Part shown: piece after piece, positions 49,019 to 58,707 of the stretch
Position numbering within the stretch: position 1 is the stretch's first letter
Layout of the letters: every line of letters begins with the position of its first letter
NCBI GenBank assembly: GCA_007118975.1
Contig: SKQO01000003.1
Coordinates: forward strand, 12,509 to 76,508
Direction of reading: 5' to 3'
Source of the DNA: Halobacteriales archaeon
GTDB taxonomy: Archaea > Halobacteriota > Halobacteria > Halobacteriales > SKNY01
Length of the DNA stretch: 64,000 nucleotides
The notes under the pieces: generated by a model
The model's input: the letters and a program-made list of their open reading frames with translations, nothing else
Database searches by the model: none
Told to the model about the DNA's origin: nothing
Made by a program: the position numbers and the translations under genes

Positions 49019-49939
49019 CTAGGACTCCGCGTCGAGGAGAAAGAGCAGCAGGCCGTTCTGGGCGTGCATGCGGTTTTCGGCCTGTTGCCAGACGACCGAC
49101 CGGGAGCTTTCGACGACGTCGTCGGTGATCTCCTCGCCACGATGGGCGGGGAGACAGTGCATTACGGACGCGGCCGGAGCGTGCGAGAGCAGGTCCTCGT
49201 CGAGTTGATATCCGTCGAACGCCCCAAGCTTCTCGGCGCGCTCGTCCTCCTGGCCCATGCTGACCCAGACGTCCGTGTAGACGGCGTCCGCATCCGTTAC
49301 TGCCGCAACTGGGTCGGCAGTGGTGGAGACGCTCCCCTCGTACTCGGCCGCCCGATCCAGCACATCCGACCCCACGCCGTAAGCCGGCGGTGTCGCCACC
49401 GTAAGATCCATCCCGACCATGGCACTGCCGACGGCGAACGACCGGGCCACGTTATTGCCGTCGCCCACCCACGCCGCGGTCACGTTCCGGAAGTCACCGT
49501 ACGTGTCCTGGATCGTCAGCAGATCCGCGAGTGTCTGGCACGGGTGCGCGAGATCGGTCAGCCCGTTGATGACGGGCACCGTGGCGTAGGCTGCCAGCTC
49601 AGCGATGTCCTCGTGATCGAACACGCGGGCCATGACCGCGTCCACGTATCGGGACAGTGCCCGGGAGGTGTCTTTCAGCGGTTCACCACGGCCGAGCTGG
49701 GTGTCATCCGGTCCCAGGAACACGGCGTGGCCGCCCAGGTTCGTCATCCCCGCCTCGAAGGACACCCGGGTGCGGGTGCTCGGTTTCTCAAAAAGCATCC
49801 CGAGGGTCCGTCGCTCGAGCGGCCCCGGGGTTTCGGATGGCCGCTCGGTGGCTCGTTCTTCCCGCGCGATCGAGAGAACCGTCCGCAGTTCCTCCGGCGT
49901 GAGATCGTCGATATCGAGGAAGTGGCGGGCGTCAGTCAT
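49019..49939 (-). CDS. argF: Ornithine carbamoyltransferase
   Basis: FEKPSTRT, HPCQ, SMG, HCLPAHRG. Confidence 0.96.
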   Translation of the reverse strand: MTDARHFLDIDDLTPEELRTVLSIAREERATERPSETPGPLERRTLGMLFEKPSTRTRVSFEAGMTNLGGHAVFLGPDDTQLGRGEPLKDTSRALSRYVDAVMARVFDHEDIAELAAYATVPVINGLTDLAHPCQTLADLLTIQDTYGDFRNVTAAWVGDGNNVARSFAVGSAMVGMDLTVATPPAYGVGSDVLDRAAEYEGSVSTTADPVAAVTDADAVYTDVWVSMGQEDERAEKLGAFDGYQLDEDLLSHAPAASVMHCLPAHRGEEITDDVVESSRSVVWQQAENRMHAQNGLLLFLLDAES

Positions 49940-51008
49940 CACGATCCGCCTCCAGCAGCCGCTCGGTGGCCGTCTCGAGGACCGCGATCGACCGATCGAA
50001 CGCCGTCAGATCCAGATGTTCGTCCGGTGCGTGGTCCATGCCTGAGTCCCCCGGCCCATAGGTGACGATCGGCACGTCCCAGGCGGCGGCGAAGACGTTC
50101 ATGTCGCTCGTTCCCGTCTTCCGTAACAACCGGGGGTCGCCCCCCGCCTGGCGGATCGCCCCCCGGAAGGCCCGGGCGACCGGCGTGCGCGGGCTCGCCA
50201 TCACCGGCGGGACCTCATCCCACCACGTGACGGTCCCCTCCTGCAACTCGCCATCCGCGAGCTCCTTGACGGCCTCGACAGTCATATCCGGCGGCACGCG
50301 CAGCTGGACATCCAACGTCGCTTCCACGGAGAGCCCATCCTCTGCCGGTCCCCCCGTGAAGCCGACCGGTTTAGTCGTCACCTGCTCGAACACGGAATCC
50401 CACTGGTCGGCCTCGAACACCGACTCGACACGGGACCACCAGCCCATCGCGTGCTCGATTGCGTTCTCCGTCGGCCGGGAGGAGTGCCCGGACTCGCTCG
50501 TCGAAACGTAGGCGCCGCCGAGCAGGCCGCGGTAGCCCAGGGTGATACTGTCCCACCCGCTCGGTTCGCCGTTCACGATTGCATCCGGTCGTTCGCGCCG
50601 GTCGACGAGGTGGTGTGCACCGCTCGAATCGACCTCCTCGCCGATGACGCCGGCAAAACTCGCACCGGTCGTCACGGCTGCCACGGCCATCGCAGCGAGC
50701 GAGCCTTTCGCATCCACGCTACCGCGACCCCATAGCTGGTCGTCCTCGACGCGTACCGGGATGTCCCCGGGAACGGTGTCGATGTGAGACGTGAGCAGCA
50801 CGCCATCGTCGCCGGGGGCGCGCACGTTTCCGATGTCGTCGATCCACGCGTCGCGACCGTACGCTTCGAAGAATGACGCGAGATACGACGCACATTCCGC
50901 CTCTTCCCCCGAGGGCGAGGGGATCGAGACAAGCTCGATGAGGAACTCGCGGGCATCTGCCGGATCGACACTCACCGGTTGTTCTTGGAGCTGGTCAGCG
51001 TCTGTCAT
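49932..51008 (-). CDS. lysK: [LysW]-lysine/ornithine hydrolase
   Basis: SHIDTVPG, GRGSVDAK, GEE, GTSDMN, DHAPDEH; arg operon context. Confidence 0.9.
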   Translation of the reverse strand: MTDADQLQEQPVSVDPADAREFLIELVSIPSPSGEEAECASYLASFFEAYGRDAWIDDIGNVRAPGDDGVLLTSHIDTVPGDIPVRVEDDQLWGRGSVDAKGSLAAMAVAAVTTGASFAGVIGEEVDSSGAHHLVDRRERPDAIVNGEPSGWDSITLGYRGLLGGAYVSTSESGHSSRPTENAIEHAMGWWSRVESVFEADQWDSVFEQVTTKPVGFTGGPAEDGLSVEATLDVQLRVPPDMTVEAVKELADGELQEGTVTWWDEVPPVMASPRTPVARAFRGAIRQAGGDPRLLRKTGTSDMNVFAAAWDVPIVTYGPGDSGMDHAPDEHLDLTAFDRSIAVLETATERLLEADRDD

Positions 51009-52144
51009 TGGGTCGCCTCCGCGGCCAGCACGTCACTGACTCCTTCGAGAAGGCGGTCGACGTGGTCGTCTGTGACCATCAACGGTGGCAACAGCCTGAG
51101 CACCGAGCGGCCGGCCGGAAGCGCGAGGATCTGCTGTTCGAGCGCGAGGTCCCGGAGTACTCGGTTGGACCCCCGCTTCACCTCGATGCCGACCATGAGC
51201 CCCCGGCCCCGGACGTCCCGGACGTCCAGCTCCGCCTCGGCGAGACCCGACTGGAGCCGTTCGCCCATCCGGGCGGCGTTCTCGGCCAGCCCCTGGTCCT
51301 CGATGGTCGAAAGGGTCGCCGTCGCCGCTGCAGCGACGAGGGGATTGCCACTGAAGGTCGAGCCGTGGGACGCTGCTCCTTCCGCAATCCAGTCGCGACA
51401 CAGGGTTGCACCGATCGGCAGGCCGCTCGCGAGCCCTTTGGCGACCGTGAGCACGTCCGGGACGACGTCAGCCGCTTCACACGCCCACATCGTGCCGGTC
51501 CGTCCAAGACCGGTCTGAATCTCGTCGAACACGAGTGCGGCGTCGGCGTCCGTCGTGACCTCCCGCGCCGTGCGCAAGTACTCCGCATCCGCCGCGTGCA
51601 CGCCGCCCTCGCCCTGAATCGGTTCGAGGATCACGGCCGCTGTCGTACCGTCGACGGCTGCGGCGAGCTCTTCTTCGTCCCCGTACGGAACGAAGGTGAC
51701 GTCTTCGAGCAGCGGTTCGTACGCTTTTTTGTATTGGTTCCGCCAGGTCGTCGAAAGCGTCCCCATCGTGCGGCCGTGAAATCCGCGGGTCGCTGCGACG
51801 AAGGTGGTTCGATCGGTTGCGCTTCGGGCGAACTTCAACGCCGCTTCGTTTGCCTCGGTACCGGAGTTGCACAACCACACCCGTTCGCAATCGCCGGGGG
51901 CAACTGCCGTCAGGGCGTCGAACAATTCCGTGCGGGGAGCCGTCGGATACGACGCCTGTACGTAGAGCAACCGCTCGGCCTGTTCCTGGATGGCCTCAAC
52001 TACCGACGGCGGACAGTGTCCCGCCGGCGTGCAGGCGTAACTTGCGCCCGCATCCATATACGCCGTTCCGTCGGTATCGTACAGGTACGCTCCCTCGCCA
52101 GTCTCGATCTCGATCGGTTTTTCCGAAAAGACGAATCCGCTCAT
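51005..52144 (-). CDS. argD: [LysW]-aminoadipate/glutamate semialdehyde aminotransferase
   Basis: NSGTEANE, FHGRT, DEIQTG, AKG, HGSTF. Confidence 0.92.
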   Translation of the reverse strand: MSGFVFSEKPIEIETGEGAYLYDTDGTAYMDAGASYACTPAGHCPPSVVEAIQEQAERLLYVQASYPTAPRTELFDALTAVAPGDCERVWLCNSGTEANEAALKFARSATDRTTFVAATRGFHGRTMGTLSTTWRNQYKKAYEPLLEDVTFVPYGDEEELAAAVDGTTAAVILEPIQGEGGVHAADAEYLRTAREVTTDADAALVFDEIQTGLGRTGTMWACEAADVVPDVLTVAKGLASGLPIGATLCRDWIAEGAASHGSTFSGNPLVAAAATATLSTIEDQGLAENAARMGERLQSGLAEAELDVRDVRGRGLMVGIEVKRGSNRVLRDLALEQQILALPAGRSVLRLLPPLMVTDDHVDRLLEGVSDVLAAEATQ

Positions 52145-52971
52145 GCTGTCTCCTCCAGTGCACCGCGTTCGAACACCGTCCCGTCACCGTCGGCCGCCCT
52201 CGTGACGGGTTGTTCGACGTTCGCGTCCGCGATGGTGACCGTCGACGCCCCGCGTTCGAGCGCCTCGACGGCCGCCATCACCTTCCGTGTCATGAACCCC
52301 TCTGCCGCGTCTTCGACCGCCGCAAGCTCACGCGGGGACGTGACGGCATCGATCCGCGTCGCCGGATCGTCGGGATCGGCGTACACCCCGGCAACGTCGG
52401 TGAGCAACAGCAAATCAGCCGCCAGGGCGCCTGCCACGGCAGCTGCGGACCGATCCGCGTCCGCATTGACCGCGACGCCGTCGTCCGCGAGCATGGGAAT
52501 CGATACGACGGGTGTGTAGCCTTCGCCCACCAACAATCCTAGCAACTCCTCGTTTACCGCCTCGATCCGGCCGGCGTGATCCCCGCGTTTGATCTTTTTC
52601 TTGCCGTCTTCGAGCACCCGTACCGCGGATTTCCGCGGCCCCGTGAGGAGGCCGCCGTCGACCCCGGAAAGACCGATGGCGTCGACGCCCACATTTTTGA
52701 GTGCGACGGTAAGGTCGACGTTTACGTTCCCGGCCATTGCCATCGAGACGATCTCCATCGTTCGCTCGTCGGTGAACCGACCAGTGACGCCGCTCGGATT
52801 GGTCACGTACGTCGGCTCCTCGCCCAGATCGGCCAACAGCTGGTCGACAGCCGTCGATCCCCCGTGCACCACGACCAGTTCCTCGCCATCGTCGACGCGG
52901 GTGGCAATGTCGGCGATCGCTCCGGCGGGATCGACCGCCCTGGCGCCGCCGATTTTCACCACTGTCGTCAT
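52141..52971 (-). CDS. argB: [LysW]-glutamate/aminoadipate kinase
   Basis: MTTVVKIGG, VHGG, NADAD. Confidence 0.92.
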   Translation of the reverse strand: MTTVVKIGGARAVDPAGAIADIATRVDDGEELVVVHGGSTAVDQLLADLGEEPTYVTNPSGVTGRFTDERTMEIVSMAMAGNVNVDLTVALKNVGVDAIGLSGVDGGLLTGPRKSAVRVLEDGKKKIKRGDHAGRIEAVNEELLGLLVGEGYTPVVSIPMLADDGVAVNADADRSAAAVAGALAADLLLLTDVAGVYADPDDPATRIDAVTSPRELAAVEDAAEGFMTRKVMAAVEALERGASTVTIADANVEQPVTRAADGDGTVFERGALEETA

Positions 52972-52972
52972 C

Positions 52973-54016
52973 TCACGGCGCCCCCACCGGGTGCATCCCC
53001 GGGAACTCGAGGCCGGCAGTCTCCTCGAGGCCGAGCGCGATGTTCGTCGCATGGACGGCCTGCCCTGCCGCACCCTTCATCATGTTATCGAGCGCCGAAA
53101 ACACGACCAGCCGCCGATTGCTCGGGTCGACCTCGAAGCCGACGTCACACCGGTTCGTCCCCGCCAGCACCTTCGGCTCGGGGTAGCGATACACGCCCCG
53201 GCCGCCCGCAGCAAGCCCCATGAACGGTTCGTCCTCGTAGACGTCTCGGTAGGCCGACCAGAGCTCCTTCGTCCGGACGGGCTGGCCAGGAAACACGTGA
53301 CAGGTTGCCGCCGCGCCGCGAATCATGTCGACGGCATGAGCGGTGAACGCGACCGACAGGTCGAGCGTCTGTTCGATCTCGGCGACGTGCCGGTGGCCGG
53401 TCGGCGCGTACGGGCGGACGATGCCCGAGCGTTCCGGATGGGAAGACGCGGCGCCGCCGCCCGCCCCACCTTCGGAGGAGCCGACTTTCACGTCGACGAC
53501 GACGTTCTCTACGTTATCGAGTAGCCCGCTCTCGACGAGCGGGTACAGGCCGAGGATGGTGACCGTCGCGTTGCAACCACCGCTGGCGATCAACTCCGCA
53601 CCGGGTAATTCTTCCCGATACAGTTCGGGCAGCGCATACTGTGCCCGGTCCAGATACGCCGGGGAATCGTGGCCATCGTACCATTCCTCGTACTGGTCGA
53701 CGGTTTCGAGGCGGAAATCCGCACTGAGATCGACGACCGTGTCCGCTGCGTCGAAGAACGCGTCGATCTGACCCATCGACACCCCGTGTGGCGTGGCCGC
53801 AAACAGGAGGTCTGCGGATGCGAGATCCGACGGATCTTGAAACCGCAACTCGCTGTCCCGAAGGTTGGGATGAACCGAGCCGATGGTCCGGTTTTCGTAC
53901 TGGCGACTGGTGGCCTGGACCACCTCGATATGCGGGTGTTCGGACAGGATACGGAGCAGCTCGCCGCCGGTAAAGCCGGATCCGCCGACCACGACCGCTG
54001 TCAGTTCGTCGCTCAT
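52973..54016 (-). CDS. argC: [LysW]-glutamyl-phosphate reductase
   Basis: GGSGFTGGEL, DLSADFR, GGCNAT, DNMMKGAAGQA. Confidence 0.94.
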   Translation of the reverse strand: MSDELTAVVVGGSGFTGGELLRILSEHPHIEVVQATSRQYENRTIGSVHPNLRDSELRFQDPSDLASADLLFAATPHGVSMGQIDAFFDAADTVVDLSADFRLETVDQYEEWYDGHDSPAYLDRAQYALPELYREELPGAELIASGGCNATVTILGLYPLVESGLLDNVENVVVDVKVGSSEGGAGGGAASSHPERSGIVRPYAPTGHRHVAEIEQTLDLSVAFTAHAVDMIRGAAATCHVFPGQPVRTKELWSAYRDVYEDEPFMGLAAGGRGVYRYPEPKVLAGTNRCDVGFEVDPSNRRLVVFSALDNMMKGAAGQAVHATNIALGLEETAGLEFPGMHPVGAP

Positions 54017-54888
54017 TTCGCCTCCGCGCCGATCGTCCGGTCTTCCGCGACGACGGTTTCGAGCCAGTCCACGACTGCGGCCGGCACGTCGACGTCGGTC
54101 GTGTCGTCGAGCGCCTTGAACTCGACCGTGTGGTTCACTTCGTGGACGGTGTAATCGTCGCCGGTTTCCATCAGGTCGATTCCGAGCAGGCCACCGCCGA
54201 CGGCCTCGCTGGCCGTCGCCACGAGTTCGCGAGCGCGATCGTCCGGCTCGAACGGTGCGGTCGTCGCCCCTTTGGCAGCGTTCGTCAACCAGTGATCCGA
54301 AGAGCGCACCATCGCGGCGATCGGTTCGCCGTCGGCCGCGACAACGCGGATGTCACGTCCGGGTTTCTCCACGAACTCCTGAATGTAGAACACCTTGTGC
54401 TCGTAGTGACCGAGCGTGGCCTTGTGCTCGAGGATCGCCTCGGCCGCGGTTCGCGTGTCGATCTTGGCCATCAAGCGACCCCACGAGCCGATGACGGGCT
54501 TGATCACACAGGGGTATCCGAAGGATTCGATACTCTCCAGGGCGGCCTCTTTGGTGAACGCCACCTCGGTCTTCGGCGTCGGGACGCCCGCCTCGGCCAG
54601 CGCCAGGCTGTTTTTGACCTTGTCCGCACACGTCTCCGCGGTAACCGGGCCGTTGACGACAGGAAGATCGTAGGCCGCACAGAACTTCGTCACGTACAGG
54701 CTCCGACTCGTCGAGATACACCGGTCGAAGAGAAGATCGAGTCCGACGAACGGCTCCGGTGGGTCGTGAATCCCGAACCGCTCCTTCCGCACGTCGATCT
54801 TGTGAACGTCGTGATCCCGGTCGCGGAGTTCGGACAGCAGGAGCTTCTCGTCCCGGCGAATCCGGGAGTACAGCAGGCCGATCTCCAC
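54013..54888 (-). CDS. lysX: LysW-glutamate/aminoadipate ligase (ATP-grasp, LysX/ArgX)
   Basis: YSRIRRDEK, KPVIGSWGR, HEVNHTVEF; GTG start at 54888. Confidence 0.92.
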   Translation of the reverse strand: MEIGLLYSRIRRDEKLLLSELRDRDHDVHKIDVRKERFGIHDPPEPFVGLDLLFDRCISTSRSLYVTKFCAAYDLPVVNGPVTAETCADKVKNSLALAEAGVPTPKTEVAFTKEAALESIESFGYPCVIKPVIGSWGRLMAKIDTRTAAEAILEHKATLGHYEHKVFYIQEFVEKPGRDIRVVAADGEPIAAMVRSSDHWLTNAAKGATTAPFEPDDRARELVATASEAVGGGLLGIDLMETGDDYTVHEVNHTVEFKALDDTTDVDVPAAVVDWLETVVAEDRTIGAEAK

Positions 54889-54890
54889 GG

Positions 54891-55061
54891 CTATTCTCCC
54901 CAGTCCTCTTCGAGCTCGGGTGCTTGCTCGAGAACCGGCGGGGAGACGTCCACAACTTCCAGCTCGGCGCCACACGTCATGCAATCGAGGATCTCCCCGA
55001 TCTCCAGGTCGTCGTGCAGGGAAACCTCCGCCCCGCACTCGATGCAGTCTGCCGTCGACAT
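54891..55061 (-). CDS. lysW: Amino-group carrier protein LysW
   Basis: CxxC..CxxC Zn ribbon and C-terminal EEDWGE. Confidence 0.96.
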   Translation of the reverse strand: MSTADCIECGAEVSLHDDLEIGEILDCMTCGAELEVVDVSPPVLEQAPELEEDWGE

Positions 55062-55087
55062 AGTTGGAATCGTCTCTGCGCCCCGAT

Positions 55088-55195
55088 GGCATAAAACCTT
55101 CGAAGATATCACGTAATAGATAGAATGAAAAGACGGTCTAAACGCTAACAAGACGGCATATTCCGCACAACTCCGTTCCTAATATCACGTATCAG
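55088..55195 (-). promoter_or_regulatory. lysW operon promoter with two ATATCACGTA direct repeats
   Basis: TTTTAT box (minus strand, 55091-55096) about 30 bp above lysW ATG; repeats at 55106-55115 and 55182-55191. Confidence 0.55.
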
Positions 55196-55227
55196 ATAAA
55201 TATTGATGCCCCGGACGGGGCCGTCGT

Positions 55228-56703
55228 TCAGCCATATCGATCCACCTCCTCGCGGCGCGCCGCCGCGGCGGCCGCCAGCGTCTCCCGTCGGTCGGTGAGT
55301 TGTTCGGTATCCGTGGTGAGATCGGCCTCGACGCGATCGAGCGCCGCCGCAACCGCCATGGGCGCCGGGCCGCCGAACGAGTCCCGGGTGGCAACGCTCT
55401 CGATTGGATCGAGCACCGCCGCCAGCTCGGCAGCCTCCACGTACGGCGACACGCCGTCCGGTCCGAGTACCTCGCGCGCCGTCGACTCGACTGCCTCGAT
55501 CACGGCTTTCGTGTCTGGATCGTCGGACAGGTCGGTGGCTGCAGTCGCGACGATCTCGTGGGCAGTCCGGAAGGGGACGCCCGCCTGGGCGAGCAGGTCG
55601 GCGACACCTGTCGCAGTCGTAAATCCCACTCCTGCTGCAACTGCGAGCGCAGCCTCGTCCCAACTGGCGGTTGTCAGCGCCCCAGTCGCCACCGCCGTTG
55701 CCTCCGTGACGGGTTCGAGTCCCGCCCAGGCATGCGGGCTGGCTTGCTGGAGGTCGCGATTGTATGCCCGGGGGAGTCCTTTCAGGGTCGTCACCAACCC
55801 GTTCAACCCGGCCGTCGCATCGCCCGCGGTCGCCCGCGTCAGTTCGAGGCTGTCCGGATTGATCTTCTGGGGCATAATCGACGAGGTAGACGCGTAATCG
55901 TCAGCCAGCTCGACGTACCCGCGGTTGGCGTAGTGGATGACGTCCGCCGCCAGACTCGACAGGGTAAGCGACAGGGCGGTCACGGCAGCGCTCACCTCCA
56001 CGAGGAAATCCCGGCTCGAAACCGCATCGGTGGCGTTCTCGAGCACACCGTCGAAACCGAGCAAGGCCGCCGTCCGATCGCGGTCGACCTCGTAGGGCGT
56101 TCCGGCGAAGGCAGCTGCGCCGAGCGGCGACCGGTTCAGCCGATCGAACGCCTCGAACAGCCGCTCGGTGTCACGGGCCAGGGCACTCTCGTAGGACAGG
56201 GCCCAGTGGCCGAGCGTCGTCGGCTGTGCCGGCTGGAGGTGGGTGTATCCGGGCATGACCGTGTCGGCGTGCTCGTGCGCCAGTTCCGCGAGCGCGGTGC
56301 GACACGCGATCGACGTCTCGAGGAGCTCGAGGACGTCCTCGCGGAGGCGGTAACGGAGGCAGGTTGCGATCTCGTCGTTCCTGCTGCGGGCCGTGTGCAT
56401 CTTCCCGCCGACGGCTCCGACCTCCTCGATCACCGCCGTCTCGATGGCTTCGTGAACGTCCTCGGCATCCGGGAGCGCGTCGAAACCGGCCGACTCAACT
56501 GTATCGAGGGCCGCCAAAATTTGCCCAGCCTCCACGTCCTCGATGACATCGCATTCGGTCAGCATCACCACGTGCGCCCGGTCGACGGCGAGGTCGGCCG
56601 CAAAGATGCGACGATCGAACGACATCGACGAAAGGAACGAACGGGCGGGGCCACCGCTGAACCGATCCCGCCGAATCACCGATTCCGAACGCTCCGCTGT
56701 CAT
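55228..56703 (-). CDS. argH: Argininosuccinate lyase
   Basis: HTARSRND, PGYTHLQ, SSIMPQKINPD, YNRDLQ. Confidence 0.96.
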   Translation of the reverse strand: MTAERSESVIRRDRFSGGPARSFLSSMSFDRRIFAADLAVDRAHVVMLTECDVIEDVEAGQILAALDTVESAGFDALPDAEDVHEAIETAVIEEVGAVGGKMHTARSRNDEIATCLRYRLREDVLELLETSIACRTALAELAHEHADTVMPGYTHLQPAQPTTLGHWALSYESALARDTERLFEAFDRLNRSPLGAAAFAGTPYEVDRDRTAALLGFDGVLENATDAVSSRDFLVEVSAAVTALSLTLSSLAADVIHYANRGYVELADDYASTSSIMPQKINPDSLELTRATAGDATAGLNGLVTTLKGLPRAYNRDLQQASPHAWAGLEPVTEATAVATGALTTASWDEAALAVAAGVGFTTATGVADLLAQAGVPFRTAHEIVATAATDLSDDPDTKAVIEAVESTAREVLGPDGVSPYVEAAELAAVLDPIESVATRDSFGGPAPMAVAAALDRVEADLTTDTEQLTDRRETLAAAAAARREEVDRYG

Positions 56704-56709
56704 CCTCTG

Positions 56710-57939
56710 TCACTCCTCGTCGGTCGAAATGGACGGTACCCTGCCGCGGACCCGATCGGCCACTTCGTTGGCCAGCCGATCCTGCAGGCCGTGGTATTTC
56801 GCGACGCCAGTGGCGTCGGCCTGTTCGATTCCGGCAACCGATTCCGTATTGAACGAGGCCATCTCTTCGGAGTAGACCGCGTATTCGCTGTCGCGGGCGA
56901 CGGCACGACAGGTACCGCCTTCCAGCCGAACGGTCGCCGATCCACTCACGACGGACTGTGTCTCGTCGATGAACCCTTCGAGTGCCCGGACGACCGGGGC
57001 GAACACGAGCCCTTCGTAGGCCTTCTCCGCCCACTCTTGCTCGATACCGCGCTTCACCCGACGTTCCTCCTTGGTGAGCACGAGGTCCTCCAGCGCCTGG
57101 TGTGCGGCGAGCAAGACACTGGCTGCAGGATGCTCGTAGTTCTCGCGGACCTTCAGCCCGAGCATGCGGTCCTCCATCACGTCGGTCCGGCCGACGCCGT
57201 ACTGTCCGGCGTACTCGTTCAGGTACTCGATGAGCTCGACGGGGGGCAACTCCTCGCCATCGACGGCCACGGGGCGACCCGCCTCGAACGTCACCTCGAC
57301 GGTCGTTGTGCCGTCTGGTTCGGCCGTCCACTCGTAGATCTCCTCGGGCGGAATGTAACTCGGCTCTTCGAGTTCGCCACCCTCGACGGCGCGGCTCCAG
57401 AGGTTCTGATCGATCGACCAGACGCCCTCGTTACCTCCCTCAACCGGGAGGTCACGTTCCGCCGCGTACTCCATCTCCCATTCCCTTGTGAGCCCGAGTT
57501 CGCGCACGGGGGCGATCACGTCCAGGTCCGAGCCACGCCAGACCGCTTCGAACCGGAGCTGGTCGTTCCCCTTCCCCGTGCAGCCGTGTGCGACGGCGGC
57601 ACAGCCCTGTTCCTCGGCGACCTCGAGGATCGCGGCGGCGATGACCGGTCGTGCTAGGGCAGTCCCCAGCGGATAGCCCTGGTAGGTGGCGTTGGCCTTG
57701 ACGGCCCGGTAACAGAGTGTCGCGAACGCCTCGGTGGCGTCGACGACGTGGTGTTCGAGGTCGAGCGCCTCGGCGGTGCGTCGCGCTTCATCGAATTCCG
57801 CTTCCGGCTGCCCCACGTCGACGGTGACGCCGATGACGCGGTCGTAGCCGTATTCTTCCTCCAAGAGCGGAACGCAAACGGTGGTGTCGAGGCCTCCGGA
57901 GAAGGCTAGTGCAACGGTCGATTCGTCGGATGCTGTCAT
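56710..57939 (-). CDS. argG: Argininosuccinate synthase
   Basis: LAFSGGLDT, HGCTGKGNDQLRFE. Confidence 0.96.
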   Translation of the reverse strand: MTASDESTVALAFSGGLDTTVCVPLLEEEYGYDRVIGVTVDVGQPEAEFDEARRTAEALDLEHHVVDATEAFATLCYRAVKANATYQGYPLGTALARPVIAAAILEVAEEQGCAAVAHGCTGKGNDQLRFEAVWRGSDLDVIAPVRELGLTREWEMEYAAERDLPVEGGNEGVWSIDQNLWSRAVEGGELEEPSYIPPEEIYEWTAEPDGTTTVEVTFEAGRPVAVDGEELPPVELIEYLNEYAGQYGVGRTDVMEDRMLGLKVRENYEHPAASVLLAAHQALEDLVLTKEERRVKRGIEQEWAEKAYEGLVFAPVVRALEGFIDETQSVVSGSATVRLEGGTCRAVARDSEYAVYSEEMASFNTESVAGIEQADATGVAKYHGLQDRLANEVADRVRGRVPSISTDEE

Positions 57940-58026
57940 TGGTGATGGATATCGTTGAGTTGGGACGTCGTCGCGAATCGCTCGCGACGAGAAGCGGGCA
58001 CGGATGGTGGGTAATGAAAGGTGGGC

Positions 58027-58098
58027 CTAGCGGGGGGCCCGTCGCGGTCGAACGACTTGGCGCGGAAAAACCAGCGTCGTGGGAGCCCGAGTCGACAT
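58027..58098 (-). CDS. Putative Arg-rich leader peptide (23 aa) upstream of argG
   Basis: MSTRAPTTLVFPRQVVRPRRAPR*; TTTAATA box about 30 bp upstream; hairpin at 57968-57990. Confidence 0.55.
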   Translation of the reverse strand: MSTRAPTTLVFPRQVVRPRRAPR

Positions 58099-58194
58099 CG
58101 TACCCGGAATTATCCGAGGATGCGTATTAAACGCTTACGAAGCGATCAACGCCAAACCGACGGGTTCATCGATCGCGCGCCCTGTCTTTGGTGC

Positions 58195-58707
58195 GTGTTC
58201 AGCCTGAACGTGCCGGTCCCACCCGCGATCTCACGGGAGCTCGAGAGCCGGCGACCGCTGCTCGCCGGGGCGGCGAACGTTCGGGATCGACGAACGCTCG
58301 TGGTCAAACGACTACCGGCCTCTGACTGGGACGAGTTCGTGGCGGTCGAACGCGAGGTCAGGCGGGCGTTGGCGGACTGGCCACGATTCGGTGTCGCGAC
58401 GGCTGGGCTCGGCTGCTTCCGATCACCGCCCGCCGGTAGTGCCCCGGTCGTTTATCTCGCGATCGAAAGCCCCGGACTCCAGCGGCTTCACGAACACCTC
58501 GTGGACATCCTTGAGATGGTACCCGGCATCGAAGGGCCGGACTACGTACCGCACATCACGCTCGCCCGGGGGGATGGTGCGTTGACGGTACTCGAGCAAC
58601 TGCGGGAGATCGGCATCGCCGACCACGAGTGGGAGGTCGACAGGCTCACGTTCTGGAACTCTCGCCGACAGGCCTCGATCGGGGACCTCCACCTCCAGGA
58701 TCCCTAG
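58195..58707 (+). CDS. 2'-5' RNA ligase / 2H phosphoesterase family protein
   Basis: FSLNVPVP start, YVPHITLARG. Confidence 0.8.
   Translation: MFSLNVPVPPAISRELESRRPLLAGAANVRDRRTLVVKRLPASDWDEFVAVEREVRRALADWPRFGVATAGLGCFRSPPAGSAPVVYLAIESPGLQRLHEHLVDILEMVPGIEGPDYVPHITLARGDGALTVLEQLREIGIADHEWEVDRLTFWNSRRQASIGDLHLQDP

Noticed and set aside
49019-57939. LysW-dependent arginine pathway as a novelty
   Set aside because: Established pathway and usual cluster in haloarchaea
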